A stretch of DNA of 64,000 nucleotides from Clostridia bacterium (GTDB lineage Bacteria; Bacillota; Clostridia; Oscillospirales; CAG-272): the NCBI GenBank assembly GCA_017461765.1, contig JAFTXO010000019.1, forward strand, positions 6,050-70,049, read 5' to 3'. This document shows, piece by piece, positions 55,875 through 64,000 of the stretch. The position numbers and the translations under genes are program-made. Within the stretch, counting starts at the first letter, position 1; every line of letters starts with the position of its first letter. Under the pieces are notes generated by a model that saw only the letters and a list, made by a program, of their open reading frames with translations, made no database searches and was not told where the DNA came from.

Positions 55875-58241
55875 TTATTTTCCGAGATATTTCTTAATAT
55901 CGGATACTCCTGCGTATTTTTGAACGCTTCCGTTTTTAACTACAACAAGCGTGGGAGCTTGCTTAATACCGAATTCCTTTGCAAGCTCGGCATTTTCGTT
56001 AGCGAGAAGCTTATCGTATTTTACGCCCTCCTTATCAAGCAAAGCGCAAGCTATTTTACAGTTGGGGCAAGTAGCTGTTGTGAAGAGGTATGTCACATCC
56101 TCGTTTGAACAGCAGGTACAATTATCTTCCTTTACCTCCTCGGGTCTACCCTCTCTTTTGAGCTTTGAGGTTTCGATATTATATACCAAACGGTCCTTAT
56201 ACTCCTGAGATTTACCGTCGTTCCAGTTTTGTACGGGACGGTAGTAGCCTGTGATACGGCTATAAACCTCTGTCTTTTCGCCGCAATCGGGGCAAGTATA
56301 AGCTTCGCCCGCTATATATCCGTGGTTCTTACATACAGAGTATGTTGGAGACATTGTATAGTAGGGCAAACGGTAATTTTCAGCGATCTTCTTAACGAGG
56401 TTTGCAGCTGCCTTCCAATCAGGAAGCTTCTCGCCAAGGAATGCGTGGAATACTGTACCCGATGTATAAAGTGTCTGAAGCTCGTCCTGAATATCGAGAG
56501 CTGTAAAGATATCGTCCGTATAGCCTACGGGAAGGTGTGATGAGTTTGTATAATAAGGTGTTCCGCCTGTCTTATCGGATGCGGTTATGATGCCGGGATA
56601 TCTCTTAACGTCGTGCTTTGCAAGACGGTATGATGTCGATTCGGCAGGAGTTGCCTCAAGGTTATAGAGGTCCCCGTATTTTTCCTGATAATCGGAGAGC
56701 TTCTCTCTCATATGATTGAGAACATCCTGTGTAAATTTCTGTGCCGTTTTGTTTGTAAGATCCTCTTTGATCCAGTTAGCGTTAAGGCAAGCCTCGTTCA
56801 TACCTACAAGACCGATTGTTGAGAAGTGGTTATTGAATGTGCCAAGGTATCTCTTTGTATAAGGATAAAGTCCGTTATCAAGGAGTCTTGTGATAACCGT
56901 TCTCTTAACCTTAAGTGAACGTGCAGAAATGTCCATACGTCTGTCAAGACGCTCGTAGAAATCCTTTTCGTCCTTTGCAAGATATGCAATTCTGGGCATA
57001 TTAATAGTAACAACGCCGACAGAACCTGTGCTTTCACCGCTTCCGAAATATCCGCCGGATTTTTTGCGGAGCTCACGAAGATCAAGACGCAAACGGCAGC
57101 ACATCGAACGAACGTCGCTTGGCTCCATGTCGCTGTTTATATAGTTTGAGAAGTAAGGTGTACCGTATTTAGCAGTCATTTCAAACAAGAGCTTATTGTT
57201 CTCGGTCTCGCTCCAGTCAAAGTCTCTTGTGATGGAGTATGTGGGGATAGGATACTGGAAGCCTCTGCCGTTAGCATCGCCCTCGATCATTATTTCGATG
57301 AAGGCTTTGTTTACCATAGCCATTTCCTTTTCGCAATCCTTGTACTTGAAGTCGACCTCTTTTCCGCCGATTATACAGTTGAGCTCTGCAAGGTCGTTAG
57401 GTACTACCCAGTCAAGAGTGATGTTCGAGAAGGGAGCTTGTGTTCCCCAACGTGAAGGTGTATTTACACCGTAAACGAAGGATTGAATGCACTGCTTTAC
57501 TTCTTTATATGAAAGATTATCTATTTTTACAAAGGGAGCAAGATATGTGTCAAACGATGAGAACGCCTGAGCGCCTGCCCATTCGTTTTGCATGATACCA
57601 AGGAAGTTTACCATCTGATTGCAAAGAGTTGAAAGGTGGCTTGCGGGAGATGATGTGATCTTACCTGTTACACCGCCGAGTCCCTCTTGGATAAGCTGCT
57701 TGAGTGACCAGCCTGCACAGTAGCCCGTGAGCATTGAAAGGTCATGGATATGGATATCTGCGTTACGGTGAGCGTTACCGATCTCGTCATCGTAAACCTC
57801 GGAGAGCCAATAGTTTGCTGTGATAGCGCCTGAGTTTGAAAGGATAAGTCCGCCTACCGAATATGTTACTGTGGAGTTTTCCTTTACGCGCCAGTCATTT
57901 ATTTTAAGGTAGTTATCAACGATCTCCTTGTAGTCGACCATCGTTGCATTGAGGTTACGGATCTTTTCTCTTTGACGGCGGTAGATGATATATGCCTTTG
58001 CTACATCGTCATATCCTGCTTTGATAAGAACAGACTCTACGCTGTCCTGAATATTTTCAACGGAGATCTTTCCGTCTTCTATTTTAGGCTCGAATTCCGC
58101 AGTTACCTTAAGAGCGAGAAAATCGATAACATCTTGATTAAATTGCTTCTGGCAAGCGTCAAATGCTTGCAAAATAGCGTCGCTGATCTTTTTAATATTA
58201 AAATCAACGATCTTGCCGTCACGTTTAATTACTTGATACAT
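55875..58241 (-). CDS. nrdD: anaerobic ribonucleoside-triphosphate reductase fused to a C-terminal CPxC redoxin domain
   Basis: N-terminal ATP-cone, SMCCRL finger-loop region, Zn ribbon CKNHG..CPDCG, glycyl-radical motif SRITGYYRP, then a linker and TATCPNC...APTLVV. Confidence 0.9.
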   Translation of the reverse strand: MYQVIKRDGKIVDFNIKKISDAILQAFDACQKQFNQDVIDFLALKVTAEFEPKIEDGKISVENIQDSVESVLIKAGYDDVAKAYIIYRRQREKIRNLNATMVDYKEIVDNYLKINDWRVKENSTVTYSVGGLILSNSGAITANYWLSEVYDDEIGNAHRNADIHIHDLSMLTGYCAGWSLKQLIQEGLGGVTGKITSSPASHLSTLCNQMVNFLGIMQNEWAGAQAFSSFDTYLAPFVKIDNLSYKEVKQCIQSFVYGVNTPSRWGTQAPFSNITLDWVVPNDLAELNCIIGGKEVDFKYKDCEKEMAMVNKAFIEIMIEGDANGRGFQYPIPTYSITRDFDWSETENNKLLFEMTAKYGTPYFSNYINSDMEPSDVRSMCCRLRLDLRELRKKSGGYFGSGESTGSVGVVTINMPRIAYLAKDEKDFYERLDRRMDISARSLKVKRTVITRLLDNGLYPYTKRYLGTFNNHFSTIGLVGMNEACLNANWIKEDLTNKTAQKFTQDVLNHMREKLSDYQEKYGDLYNLEATPAESTSYRLAKHDVKRYPGIITASDKTGGTPYYTNSSHLPVGYTDDIFTALDIQDELQTLYTSGTVFHAFLGEKLPDWKAAANLVKKIAENYRLPYYTMSPTYSVCKNHGYIAGEAYTCPDCGEKTEVYSRITGYYRPVQNWNDGKSQEYKDRLVYNIETSKLKREGRPEEVKEDNCTCCSNEDVTYLFTTATCPNCKIACALLDKEGVKYDKLLANENAELAKEFGIKQAPTLVVVKNGSVQKYAGVSDIKKYLGK

Positions 58242-58311
58242 TTTTTACTCTCCTTTTTAAATTTTTTAATATTTTTTCTTGACAAAGCTTCTTTTGTCGA
58301 GGTGTAGATAC

Positions 58312-58340
58312 ATTCTATCATATTAATAACCGTTTGTCAA
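58312..58340 (-). promoter_or_regulatory. sigma-A promoter of nrdD
   Basis: Minus strand reads TTGACA, 17 bp spacer, TAGAAT. Confidence 0.65.
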
Positions 58341-58349
58341 TAGAAAAAA

Positions 58350-58363
58350 CACAATATATTGTG
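58350..58363. promoter_or_regulatory. NrdR box 1
   Basis: Perfect palindrome CACAATATATTGTG matching the NrdR-box consensus acaCwAtATaTwGtgt. Confidence 0.75.
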
Positions 58364-58381
58364 CCTTTTTTTATTTTGCCG

Positions 58382-58395
58382 CACAAGATATTGTG
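58382..58395. promoter_or_regulatory. NrdR box 2
   Basis: CACAAGATATTGTG, centred 32 bp from box 1 and abutting the nrdG stop codon. Confidence 0.7.
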
Positions 58396-59082
58396 TTAAA
58401 TTCCTCTTATCGAAATATGCTCGATTTTGTCGAAAACCGCTTGTTTAAAGGCTTCGAGCGTATTTTTTTCATGTCCGCAAAGACCATTTTCTATCAAATT
58501 TCCCGAATCTGAAAAATTTTGCAAAAAATATTTTTTCGCGCCCTTGATCCATTCGCCTATTGCTTTTATATCCTCAATGCTATGATGTTGCTTCACAACC
58601 GTGGTGCGAAACTCATAATCTACCCTGCCCTCAAGCAAAAGCTTTACACTTTTTTCAAACGGAGCTATATCGAGATTTTGAATGCCGGTAGTTTTCGCGT
58701 ACTTCTCTTTTGAGTTCTTTATGTCCATAGCGACGTAATCTACAAGTCCAAGCTCGATAGCTTCCTTAAGCTTATCCGGATATGCGCCGTTTGTGTCGAG
58801 CTTTACTAACAGTCCTATGTCCTTTATCTTTTTCATAAAGTCGAATATGTCCTTTTGCAAAAGAGGCTCTCCACCGCTTATACAAACGCCGTCAAGTATC
58901 CTTTTACGCTTTTCTATATAAGAAAGGATCTCTTCCTCGGGAAAAAGCTCTGCCTCGTCAATAACCAACGATGCGTTATGGCAAAACGGGCAACGCAAAT
59001 TACAACCGTATGTGAAAACTGTACACGCTACCTTTTCGGGATAATCGAGCATCGTCATTTTCTGAAATCCGCCGATATTCAT
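58396..59082 (-). CDS. nrdG: anaerobic ribonucleoside-triphosphate reductase activating protein (radical SAM)
   Basis: CNLRCPFCHN radical-SAM cluster motif and GGEPLL, 228 aa. Confidence 0.9.
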   Translation of the reverse strand: MNIGGFQKMTMLDYPEKVACTVFTYGCNLRCPFCHNASLVIDEAELFPEEEILSYIEKRKRILDGVCISGGEPLLQKDIFDFMKKIKDIGLLVKLDTNGAYPDKLKEAIELGLVDYVAMDIKNSKEKYAKTTGIQNLDIAPFEKSVKLLLEGRVDYEFRTTVVKQHHSIEDIKAIGEWIKGAKKYFLQNFSDSGNLIENGLCGHEKNTLEAFKQAVFDKIEHISIRGI

Positions 59083-59110
59083 AAATCCTCTCCTTTCGGT
59101 GTTTTATAAT

Positions 59111-59139
59111 ATTTTAGCATTACAGATAAGATAAATCAA
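59111..59139 (-). promoter_or_regulatory. sigma-A promoter of nrdG
   Basis: Minus strand reads TTGATT, 17 bp spacer, TAAAAT. No NrdR-like palindrome nearby. Confidence 0.55.
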
Positions 59140-59148
59140 GGCTTATTT

Positions 59149-59173
59149 GAAAAAACGGAGCAAAAGCTCCGTT
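59149..59173 (-). terminator. intrinsic terminator after trpS
   Basis: Stem aacggagc/gctccgtt followed by T6 on the minus strand. Confidence 0.75.
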
Positions 59174-59177
59174 TTAT

Positions 59178-60182
59178 TCAAAATTTAAGCTCTGTAAAGC
59201 CTACCTTGCGTCTTACCTTTGACATCGTACGGCGAGCATTTTTATAGGCATCCTGAGCGCCCTGTGCCATTACGCTTTCAAGATATGCTTTATCGGCCAT
59301 AAGCTTTGCAAATTCCTCTCTTACCGAAGCTAATGCATCAGCGCAGGTTTCTCCTACCGCAAGCTTGAAATCGCCATAGCCCATTCCCGCAAATTCTCTT
59401 TCAGCCTCCTCGGGAGTTTTGTTTGTAAAGCAGGTATATATATTAAGAAGGTTCGTTATACCCTCCTTACCCTCTGCTCTTACGATCTTATTATCCGAGT
59501 CGGTAACCGCTCTTTTGAACTTTCTTATGATATCGTCCTTTGAATCGAGTATTCTTACGACTGCGTTTTCGTTGGGATCTGATTTGCTCATCTTTTTTAT
59601 CGGATCCTGAAGCGACATTATCTTAGCTCCGTCCTTTGATATGTATCCGTCGGGAACTACAAAGGTTTCGCCATAAATCTGATTGAAGCGGTTGGCTATA
59701 TCTCTTGCAAGCTCAAGATGCTGCTTCTGGTCAACGCCGACAGGCACAAGCTCCGTTTGATAAAGCAATATATCTGCCGCCATAAGCGAGGGATATGTGA
59801 AAAGCCCGGCGTTTATGTTATCAGCATTTTTTGCGCTCTTATCCTTGAACTGCGTCATTCTCGAAAGCTCACCGAACATCGTATAGCAATCGAGTATCCA
59901 GCCAAGCTCGGCGTGCTGAGGCACGTGGCTCTGAACGAAAAGCGTATTCTTTTGAGGATCAAGACCGCACGCAATATAAAGAGCGAGTGTTTCGTATGTT
60001 CTGCGTCTTAGCTCCGCAGGATTTTGTCTTACCGTTATTGCGTGCATATCAACAACACAGTAATAGCAATGATACTGCTCCGAAAATGCGCCGAAGTTAC
60101 GGATAGCTCCGAGATAGTTTCCTATTGTGAGGTTTCCTGACGGCTGAACGCCCGAAAACACGACCTTTTTATCGCCAAACAT
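59178..60182 (-). CDS. trpS: tryptophan--tRNA ligase
   Basis: SGVQPSGNLTIGNY (HIGH-region variant) and KMSKS motifs, 334 aa. Confidence 0.95.
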   Translation of the reverse strand: MFGDKKVVFSGVQPSGNLTIGNYLGAIRNFGAFSEQYHCYYCVVDMHAITVRQNPAELRRRTYETLALYIACGLDPQKNTLFVQSHVPQHAELGWILDCYTMFGELSRMTQFKDKSAKNADNINAGLFTYPSLMAADILLYQTELVPVGVDQKQHLELARDIANRFNQIYGETFVVPDGYISKDGAKIMSLQDPIKKMSKSDPNENAVVRILDSKDDIIRKFKRAVTDSDNKIVRAEGKEGITNLLNIYTCFTNKTPEEAEREFAGMGYGDFKLAVGETCADALASVREEFAKLMADKAYLESVMAQGAQDAYKNARRTMSKVRRKVGFTELKF

Positions 60183-60234
60183 ATATTATATATCTCCTAA
60201 TAAATATTTATAAACAATTTATAAAGATATAATA

Positions 60235-61323
60235 TCACATCTCGGCTTGATTTTCAATATTTTTTTCATTTTTAAAGCTACTATATACCGTTTTTGTTAG
60301 AAAAACGAGCAACGGAGCAAATATCATTCCGCCAAAGCCTGCGATCTTAAGTCCTGCGTACATTGAAATTATTGCGACTATCGGGTGGACGTTCATATGA
60401 GCGCTCACGATCTTCGGCTCTGCTATTTGTCTTACAAAATATATAATCGCGTACAGCACCAATATACCAAAGCCAAGCGTGGTATTTCCCGTGATAAAAA
60501 GTATCGCGCTCCAAGGAATAAGCACGATGCCCGTTCCGAGTATTGGAAGGATATCGACTATAGCGATTATAACGGAAATCAAAAAGGCGTTCTCTATTTT
60601 CAAAATAAGAAGTCCTACAAAAAGCTCTGTGAAGGTGAGCAAAAACAAGATAAGATATGATCTTAAGTAGCTTGTCAGAACATAGATGATATCCTTTTTT
60701 ATTATCGGGAGCTTTTCTGATATTTTTGTTGGAAGCTTACGCTTTATATAAACGGTTATTTTCTCATAATCCTTTGAAAAATAAAAAAGCGCAAGAATTA
60801 TAACTATTACGGTAATTATTATTTCGGGCAAAGCGACGATAAATACGCTTACGGCGTTTGTAAGCTTATCACTGAGGTTTTTAAGCGAGCTTATTGCCAT
60901 TTCCGTTGCTATTGAATAAACGCTGCTTGAAGAGCTGTTTTCGGAGCTTAAAAACGGAAATTTATCCTTTAAGCCTTCTAAAAAGTCGAGCGCCTTTATT
61001 ATATAATTATCATTCGATGACAGGTATTCGATTATTTTTGATGTGAGATTTCCTATCTGCGAAAATATCACGCTCAGGCAGAGTGAGAGCAATCCGAAAA
61101 ACAAAGTCAGAATTATGACAGTTACGCTGACGCTTATTATTGATTTTGGCAATTTTATTTTGGAGCAAATTTTATTTACAGTTGGTCTTGACAGCACTAC
61201 AACACCGAGCGAAAAAAGAAAGGGCAAGATTATTCCGAGCGCATATTTTAAAACGAAATATGCAAAAACGAGATATATTAGTATACTAAGTCCTATATAT
61301 ACCGTTTTTTTGTATTTTTCCAT
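60235..61323 (-). CDS. AI-2E (PerM) family transporter, YtvI-like sporulation membrane protein
   Basis: About 8 TM helices with AI-2E-like layout. Start moved to ATG at 61323 behind GGAGGTGA. Confidence 0.6.
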   Translation of the reverse strand: MEKYKKTVYIGLSILIYLVFAYFVLKYALGIILPFLFSLGVVVLSRPTVNKICSKIKLPKSIISVSVTVIILTLFFGLLSLCLSVIFSQIGNLTSKIIEYLSSNDNYIIKALDFLEGLKDKFPFLSSENSSSSSVYSIATEMAISSLKNLSDKLTNAVSVFIVALPEIIITVIVIILALFYFSKDYEKITVYIKRKLPTKISEKLPIIKKDIIYVLTSYLRSYLILFLLTFTELFVGLLILKIENAFLISVIIAIVDILPILGTGIVLIPWSAILFITGNTTLGFGILVLYAIIYFVRQIAEPKIVSAHMNVHPIVAIISMYAGLKIAGFGGMIFAPLLVFLTKTVYSSFKNEKNIENQAEM

Positions 61324-61382
61324 AAAAATCACCTCCTTTAAAATATATTTAGCAAAAAATAATTTTATTAAACATATTATAT

Positions 61383-61411
61383 TTGACTTTTGAAAGATAT
61401 TCTGCTAAAAT
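61383..61411 (+). promoter_or_regulatory. sigma-A promoter of ppiB operon
   Basis: TTGACT, 17 bp spacer, TAAAAT. Confidence 0.55.
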
Positions 61412-61466
61412 GTATATGAAATAAATAAAAGGCTCCACTGAGCCTAATAAAAAGAGGTGTTTTAAA

Positions 61467-61943
61467 ATGGTTAGAATAGAAATGGAAAACGGCGGAATCA
61501 TAGAGATCGAGCTTTATGAGGATAAGGCTCCTATCACTGTTAAGAATTTTAAAAAGCTCGTTTCCGAGGGCTTTTATGACGGTCTTATATTCCACAGAGT
61601 TATATCGGGCTTCATGATACAGGGCGGTGACCCAACAGGAACAGGCATGGGCGGAAGCGACGAGCGTATCAAGGGTGAATTCGCGGCAAATGGCATACAA
61701 AACGACATTTCACACGTACGTGGTGTCATTTCTATGGCAAGAAGCCAGCATCCCAACTCAGCTTCCTCGCAATTCTTCATTATGCATGCTGACGGCAAAT
61801 TCCTTGATGGCAATTACGCTGCCTTCGGCAAGGTTACATCGGGTATGGAAACCGTTGATGAGATAGCAGGCGTTAAGACTGATTTCTCAGACAGACCTAT
61901 TATTGATATGAGAATGAAGAAAGTGACCTTGATCGAGGACTGA
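61467..61943 (+). CDS. ppiB: cyclophilin-type peptidyl-prolyl cis-trans isomerase
   Basis: Motifs FHRVISGFMIQGGDP and SQFFI. Confidence 0.93.
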   Translation: MVRIEMENGGIIEIELYEDKAPITVKNFKKLVSEGFYDGLIFHRVISGFMIQGGDPTGTGMGGSDERIKGEFAANGIQNDISHVRGVISMARSQHPNSASSQFFIMHADGKFLDGNYAAFGKVTSGMETVDEIAGVKTDFSDRPIIDMRMKKVTLIED

Positions 61944-62464
61944 TGAAAAAATCAAAGATTGTTGATCTGGCGATATTTGCGATGTTCGGCTCTCTTATGT
62001 TTATCTCCAAGCAGATAATGGAGTTTTTGCCAAACTTTCACGCCATCACTATGTTTATTGCGGTGCTTACGCTCGTTTATCGCTTTCGTGCTATTATCCC
62101 GATATATGTTTTTGTATTCATTCAGGGGGCATATTCGGGATTTGCATTGTGGTGGGTACCGTACACTTATATTTGGACGATCGCATGGGCACTTTTTATG
62201 ATAATTCCCAAAAACGCGTCTATCAGAACGAAGGGTATATTATGTACCGTTTTCTCTGCTCTACACGGTATTACATATGGGACGCTATATGCTCCATTTC
62301 AGGCTATTGCGTTTTTTGGAGCGGACTTTAATAAGATGCTCTCCTGGATCATAGTTGGCTTACCGTGGGACGCTATACATATGTGCGGAAATATCGTTAT
62401 GTCATTTTTGGTCATTCCACTCTACAAGGTGCTTGACAAATTAGAAAGCAAAAGAACCATATAA
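61943..62464 (+). CDS. small polytopic membrane protein, possibly an ECF-type S component
   Basis: 173 aa with 5-6 TM helices. 1-nt overlap with ppiB. The assignment is by size and topology only. Confidence 0.35.
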   Translation: MKKSKIVDLAIFAMFGSLMFISKQIMEFLPNFHAITMFIAVLTLVYRFRAIIPIYVFVFIQGAYSGFALWWVPYTYIWTIAWALFMIIPKNASIRTKGILCTVFSALHGITYGTLYAPFQAIAFFGADFNKMLSWIIVGLPWDAIHMCGNIVMSFLVIPLYKVLDKLESKRTI

Positions 62465-62465
62465 A

Positions 62466-62495
62466 AAAGGCGGAAAATCCGCCTTCTTTATTTTT
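62466..62495. terminator. bidirectional terminator, copy 3 of the aaggcggaaaatccgcctt hairpin
   Basis: aaaaaaggcggaaaatccgccttctttattttt. Confidence 0.75.
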
Positions 62496-62500
62496 AGAAT

Positions 62501-63151
62501 TTATTCCGAATCGTTCACCCATATCAGGACTTTCAATTCACCTGTTAATTTAACATTTTCGTTCAAATCAAATTTAGGTATAACAATATATCTTACGGTT
62601 GGAACTTCGTAATCTTTTTCATCCATGTCATAAGAATCGCCTCCAATAAATTCTATATAATTATTACGAATTCCAAAATTAGAATATCTATTCACACCAA
62701 TTATCGCAAATTTAGTAAAGGCCACCAAAACATAGTTTTCTTCAAAAAGCGATTCTTCTATTAATTCTCCAAATTCAACCTTTTCAACAAGCTCGTCATA
62801 GGTTGTAATTATCTTATACGTAGAATTGTATTTAGTTTGTTCAAATTCGTTTCCTAAATATTTTCCACCTAATATTTGATCATATCCACCTGCTTCATCC
62901 TTTAATATTATATTTGGATATGGATATTTTATAAACGTTTCTTGTTTTTCTTGACTTGTTGTTTCTTCAATGGTAGTTGTTTCTTCAATAGATGTTTCAC
63001 TCGAATCTTCTGTGTTTGTTTCATCGACAGTCGTCGTTTCTTCCGTGGATGTCGCGTCACTCGAGCTTTCATCTGTCGGCTCATTATTATCACAAGAAGT
63101 CAAAACTAAAAATGTTACTAAAATAAACAAAAGTAAAATTAGTTTTTTCAT
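62501..63151 (-). CDS. lipoprotein, family member C
   Basis: MKKLILLLFILVTFLVLTSC lipobox behind a GGGAGG RBS (start moved from 63202). Acidic T/E linker. C-terminal blocks FEENYVLVAF and YIVIPKF. Confidence 0.65.
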   Translation of the reverse strand: MKKLILLLFILVTFLVLTSCDNNEPTDESSSDATSTEETTTVDETNTEDSSETSIEETTTIEETTSQEKQETFIKYPYPNIILKDEAGGYDQILGGKYLGNEFEQTKYNSTYKIITTYDELVEKVEFGELIEESLFEENYVLVAFTKFAIIGVNRYSNFGIRNNYIEFIGGDSYDMDEKDYEVPTVRYIVIPKFDLNENVKLTGELKVLIWVNDSE

Positions 63152-63362
63152 ATTTGTACCTCCCTGATTGATTATAAATTCGAATTTTGGAATATATACC
63201 ATATCTTCCTATTTTTAGTTTAGCATATGTGATAATATTTGTCAATAGGGTATTTTTAACTTTGTTAAAAATGTACAAAATTTGCGGTCGGATTTTGTAC
63301 ATAATAGCCAAACAAGAATTTGGATGCAAAAAAGGTCATTGTGATTACAATGACCTTTTTAT
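63152..63362 (-). repeat. about 210-bp upstream module, copy 2
   Basis: Same order as copy 1: terminator hairpin, 10-bp-arm palindrome, promoter, 5'UTR. The 85-bp core at 63189-63273 is identical to 54744-54828. Confidence 0.85.
63217..63245 (-). promoter_or_regulatory. sigma-A promoter of lipoprotein C gene
   Basis: Minus strand reads TTGACA, 17 bp spacer, TAAACT. Confidence 0.55.
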
Positions 63363-63369
63363 ATATGGT

Positions 63370-63936
63370 TTATTTGAATTTTTTCCAATCCTTTAATTTT
63401 TCGCCTTTTACTATGTAAGCCCGCTTTGAAAGGCGCGCAAGCGGAGTATCGCAATAAAGATCCGAATAAAATTCATCTATCTCGCCTTCGGGATATTTTT
63501 CAAAAAAGCGACTTACCTTCTCCTGTCCGTGACAGTTTGCTCCGTCGAAAAGACCTGTATGCTTATCCACGCGTGATGCCATAAGACACTCAGCTCCGAG
63601 CTTTTTACATATCGGCTCAAGCAAGAATTCGGGAGATGCAGAAATTATAACATCTGTCGGTTCTTTTAATTCAAGATACCAGCTCTTTATATTCTTTTCT
63701 TTCTCTGCCCAAAACTCCTCGACAGCTTTATCGATATCATCGATATCTTTGAAAAATTCAAAAAACTTTTGCTTGAATTTTATCTTCTTTATTATTCTTA
63801 ATCCGTAGCCAAGACCATACCATATTGTCGGTAATATTCTTTTTCTTGTTTTTTTATAATGCTTTAAGCAATAAAAGAAAAAGTCCTTTGAGCTATCGCC
63901 GTTATATATCGTTCCGTCAAAATCAAATACGTTCAT
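63370..63936 (-). CDS. HAD-superfamily hydrolase (subfamily IB-like)
   Basis: N-terminal FDFDGT motif I, 188 aa. Confidence 0.75.
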   Translation of the reverse strand: MNVFDFDGTIYNGDSSKDFFFYCLKHYKKTRKRILPTIWYGLGYGLRIIKKIKFKQKFFEFFKDIDDIDKAVEEFWAEKEKNIKSWYLELKEPTDVIISASPEFLLEPICKKLGAECLMASRVDKHTGLFDGANCHGQEKVSRFFEKYPEGEIDEFYSDLYCDTPLARLSKRAYIVKGEKLKDWKKFK

Positions 63937-63948
63937 TTATCTCCTTAC

Positions 63949-63977
63949 AAAAAAAACGGGCTGTATAAAACAGCCCG
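63949..63977 (-). terminator. intrinsic terminator of an upstream minus-strand gene that ends at about 63982
   Basis: Minus strand: ...GAGGATTAA stop, stem cgggctg/cagcccg, then T8. Confidence 0.7.
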
Positions 63978-64000
63978 ATCTTTAATCCTCTTTTTCTTCG

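Noticed and set aside
1-64000. CRISPR arrays, rRNA genes, transposases, prophage genes, toxin-antitoxin pairs and known defence modules.
   Set aside because: I looked for regularly spaced repeats, recombinase/transposase motifs and nuclease/ATPase defence signatures in all listed ORFs and gaps. None was found.

Overview
AT-rich chromosomal segment from a low-GC, spore-forming Firmicute. It looks like Clostridia (Oscillospiraceae/Ruminococcaceae-like), judged from gene content and acidic Ser/Thr/Glu-rich linkers in exported proteins; this is inference only. Coding density is high and most genes are housekeeping.

Genes recognised, in window order:
- pcrA/uvrD (partial, missed by the ORF track), tRNA-Leu(CAA), a glpA-type three-gene oxidoreductase operon, mini-RNase III.
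- A heterodimeric ABC exporter.
- A ThyX-like / CDF / CotH operon.
- An M23 peptidase, sugar-modifying enzymes, hprK, GH36 alpha-galactosidase, an FNT channel, proS, clpE.
- A second CotH gene and two cvpA paralogs.
- ecfA1-ecfA2-ecfT-truA.
- ruvC, then a divergent DUF951-yfhO-ruvAB unit.
- A GerA/SpoVAF-family gene, a two-component system, ychF.
- nrdG, then nrdD-trxB-like.
- trpS, ytvI-like, ppiB.

I see no CRISPR array, rRNA, transposase, integrase, prophage or recognisable defence module. I cannot support a claim of a clear novel multi-gene system.

The most unusual things I can actually see:
1. An anaerobic RNR locus in which NrdD carries a C-terminal CPxC redoxin domain. It is tightly followed by a TrxR-like gene that lacks the NADPH HRRxxxR motif. 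NrdR boxes sit only in front of nrdD.
2. A three-copy lipoprotein gene cassette (two tandem copies plus one about 8 kb away). The copies share near-identical terminators, and two of them also share the promoter, 5'UTR and an upstream palindrome, while the mature C-terminal domains are highly diverged.
3. An operon joining a ThyX-fold protein without the RHRxxS motif, a CDF metal exporter and a secreted CotH kinase-family protein.
4. A degenerate RfbF-like nucleotidyltransferase behind a perfect GAAC-N4-GTTC (LexA-type) palindrome.
5. A GC-enriched, hairpin-dense 125-165 nt intergenic island bracketed by two terminators, which is a candidate small RNA.

Several ORF-track starts were moved to internal start codons with better RBS or promoter logic. 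All product calls rest on motif recognition from the translations. No database search was run.
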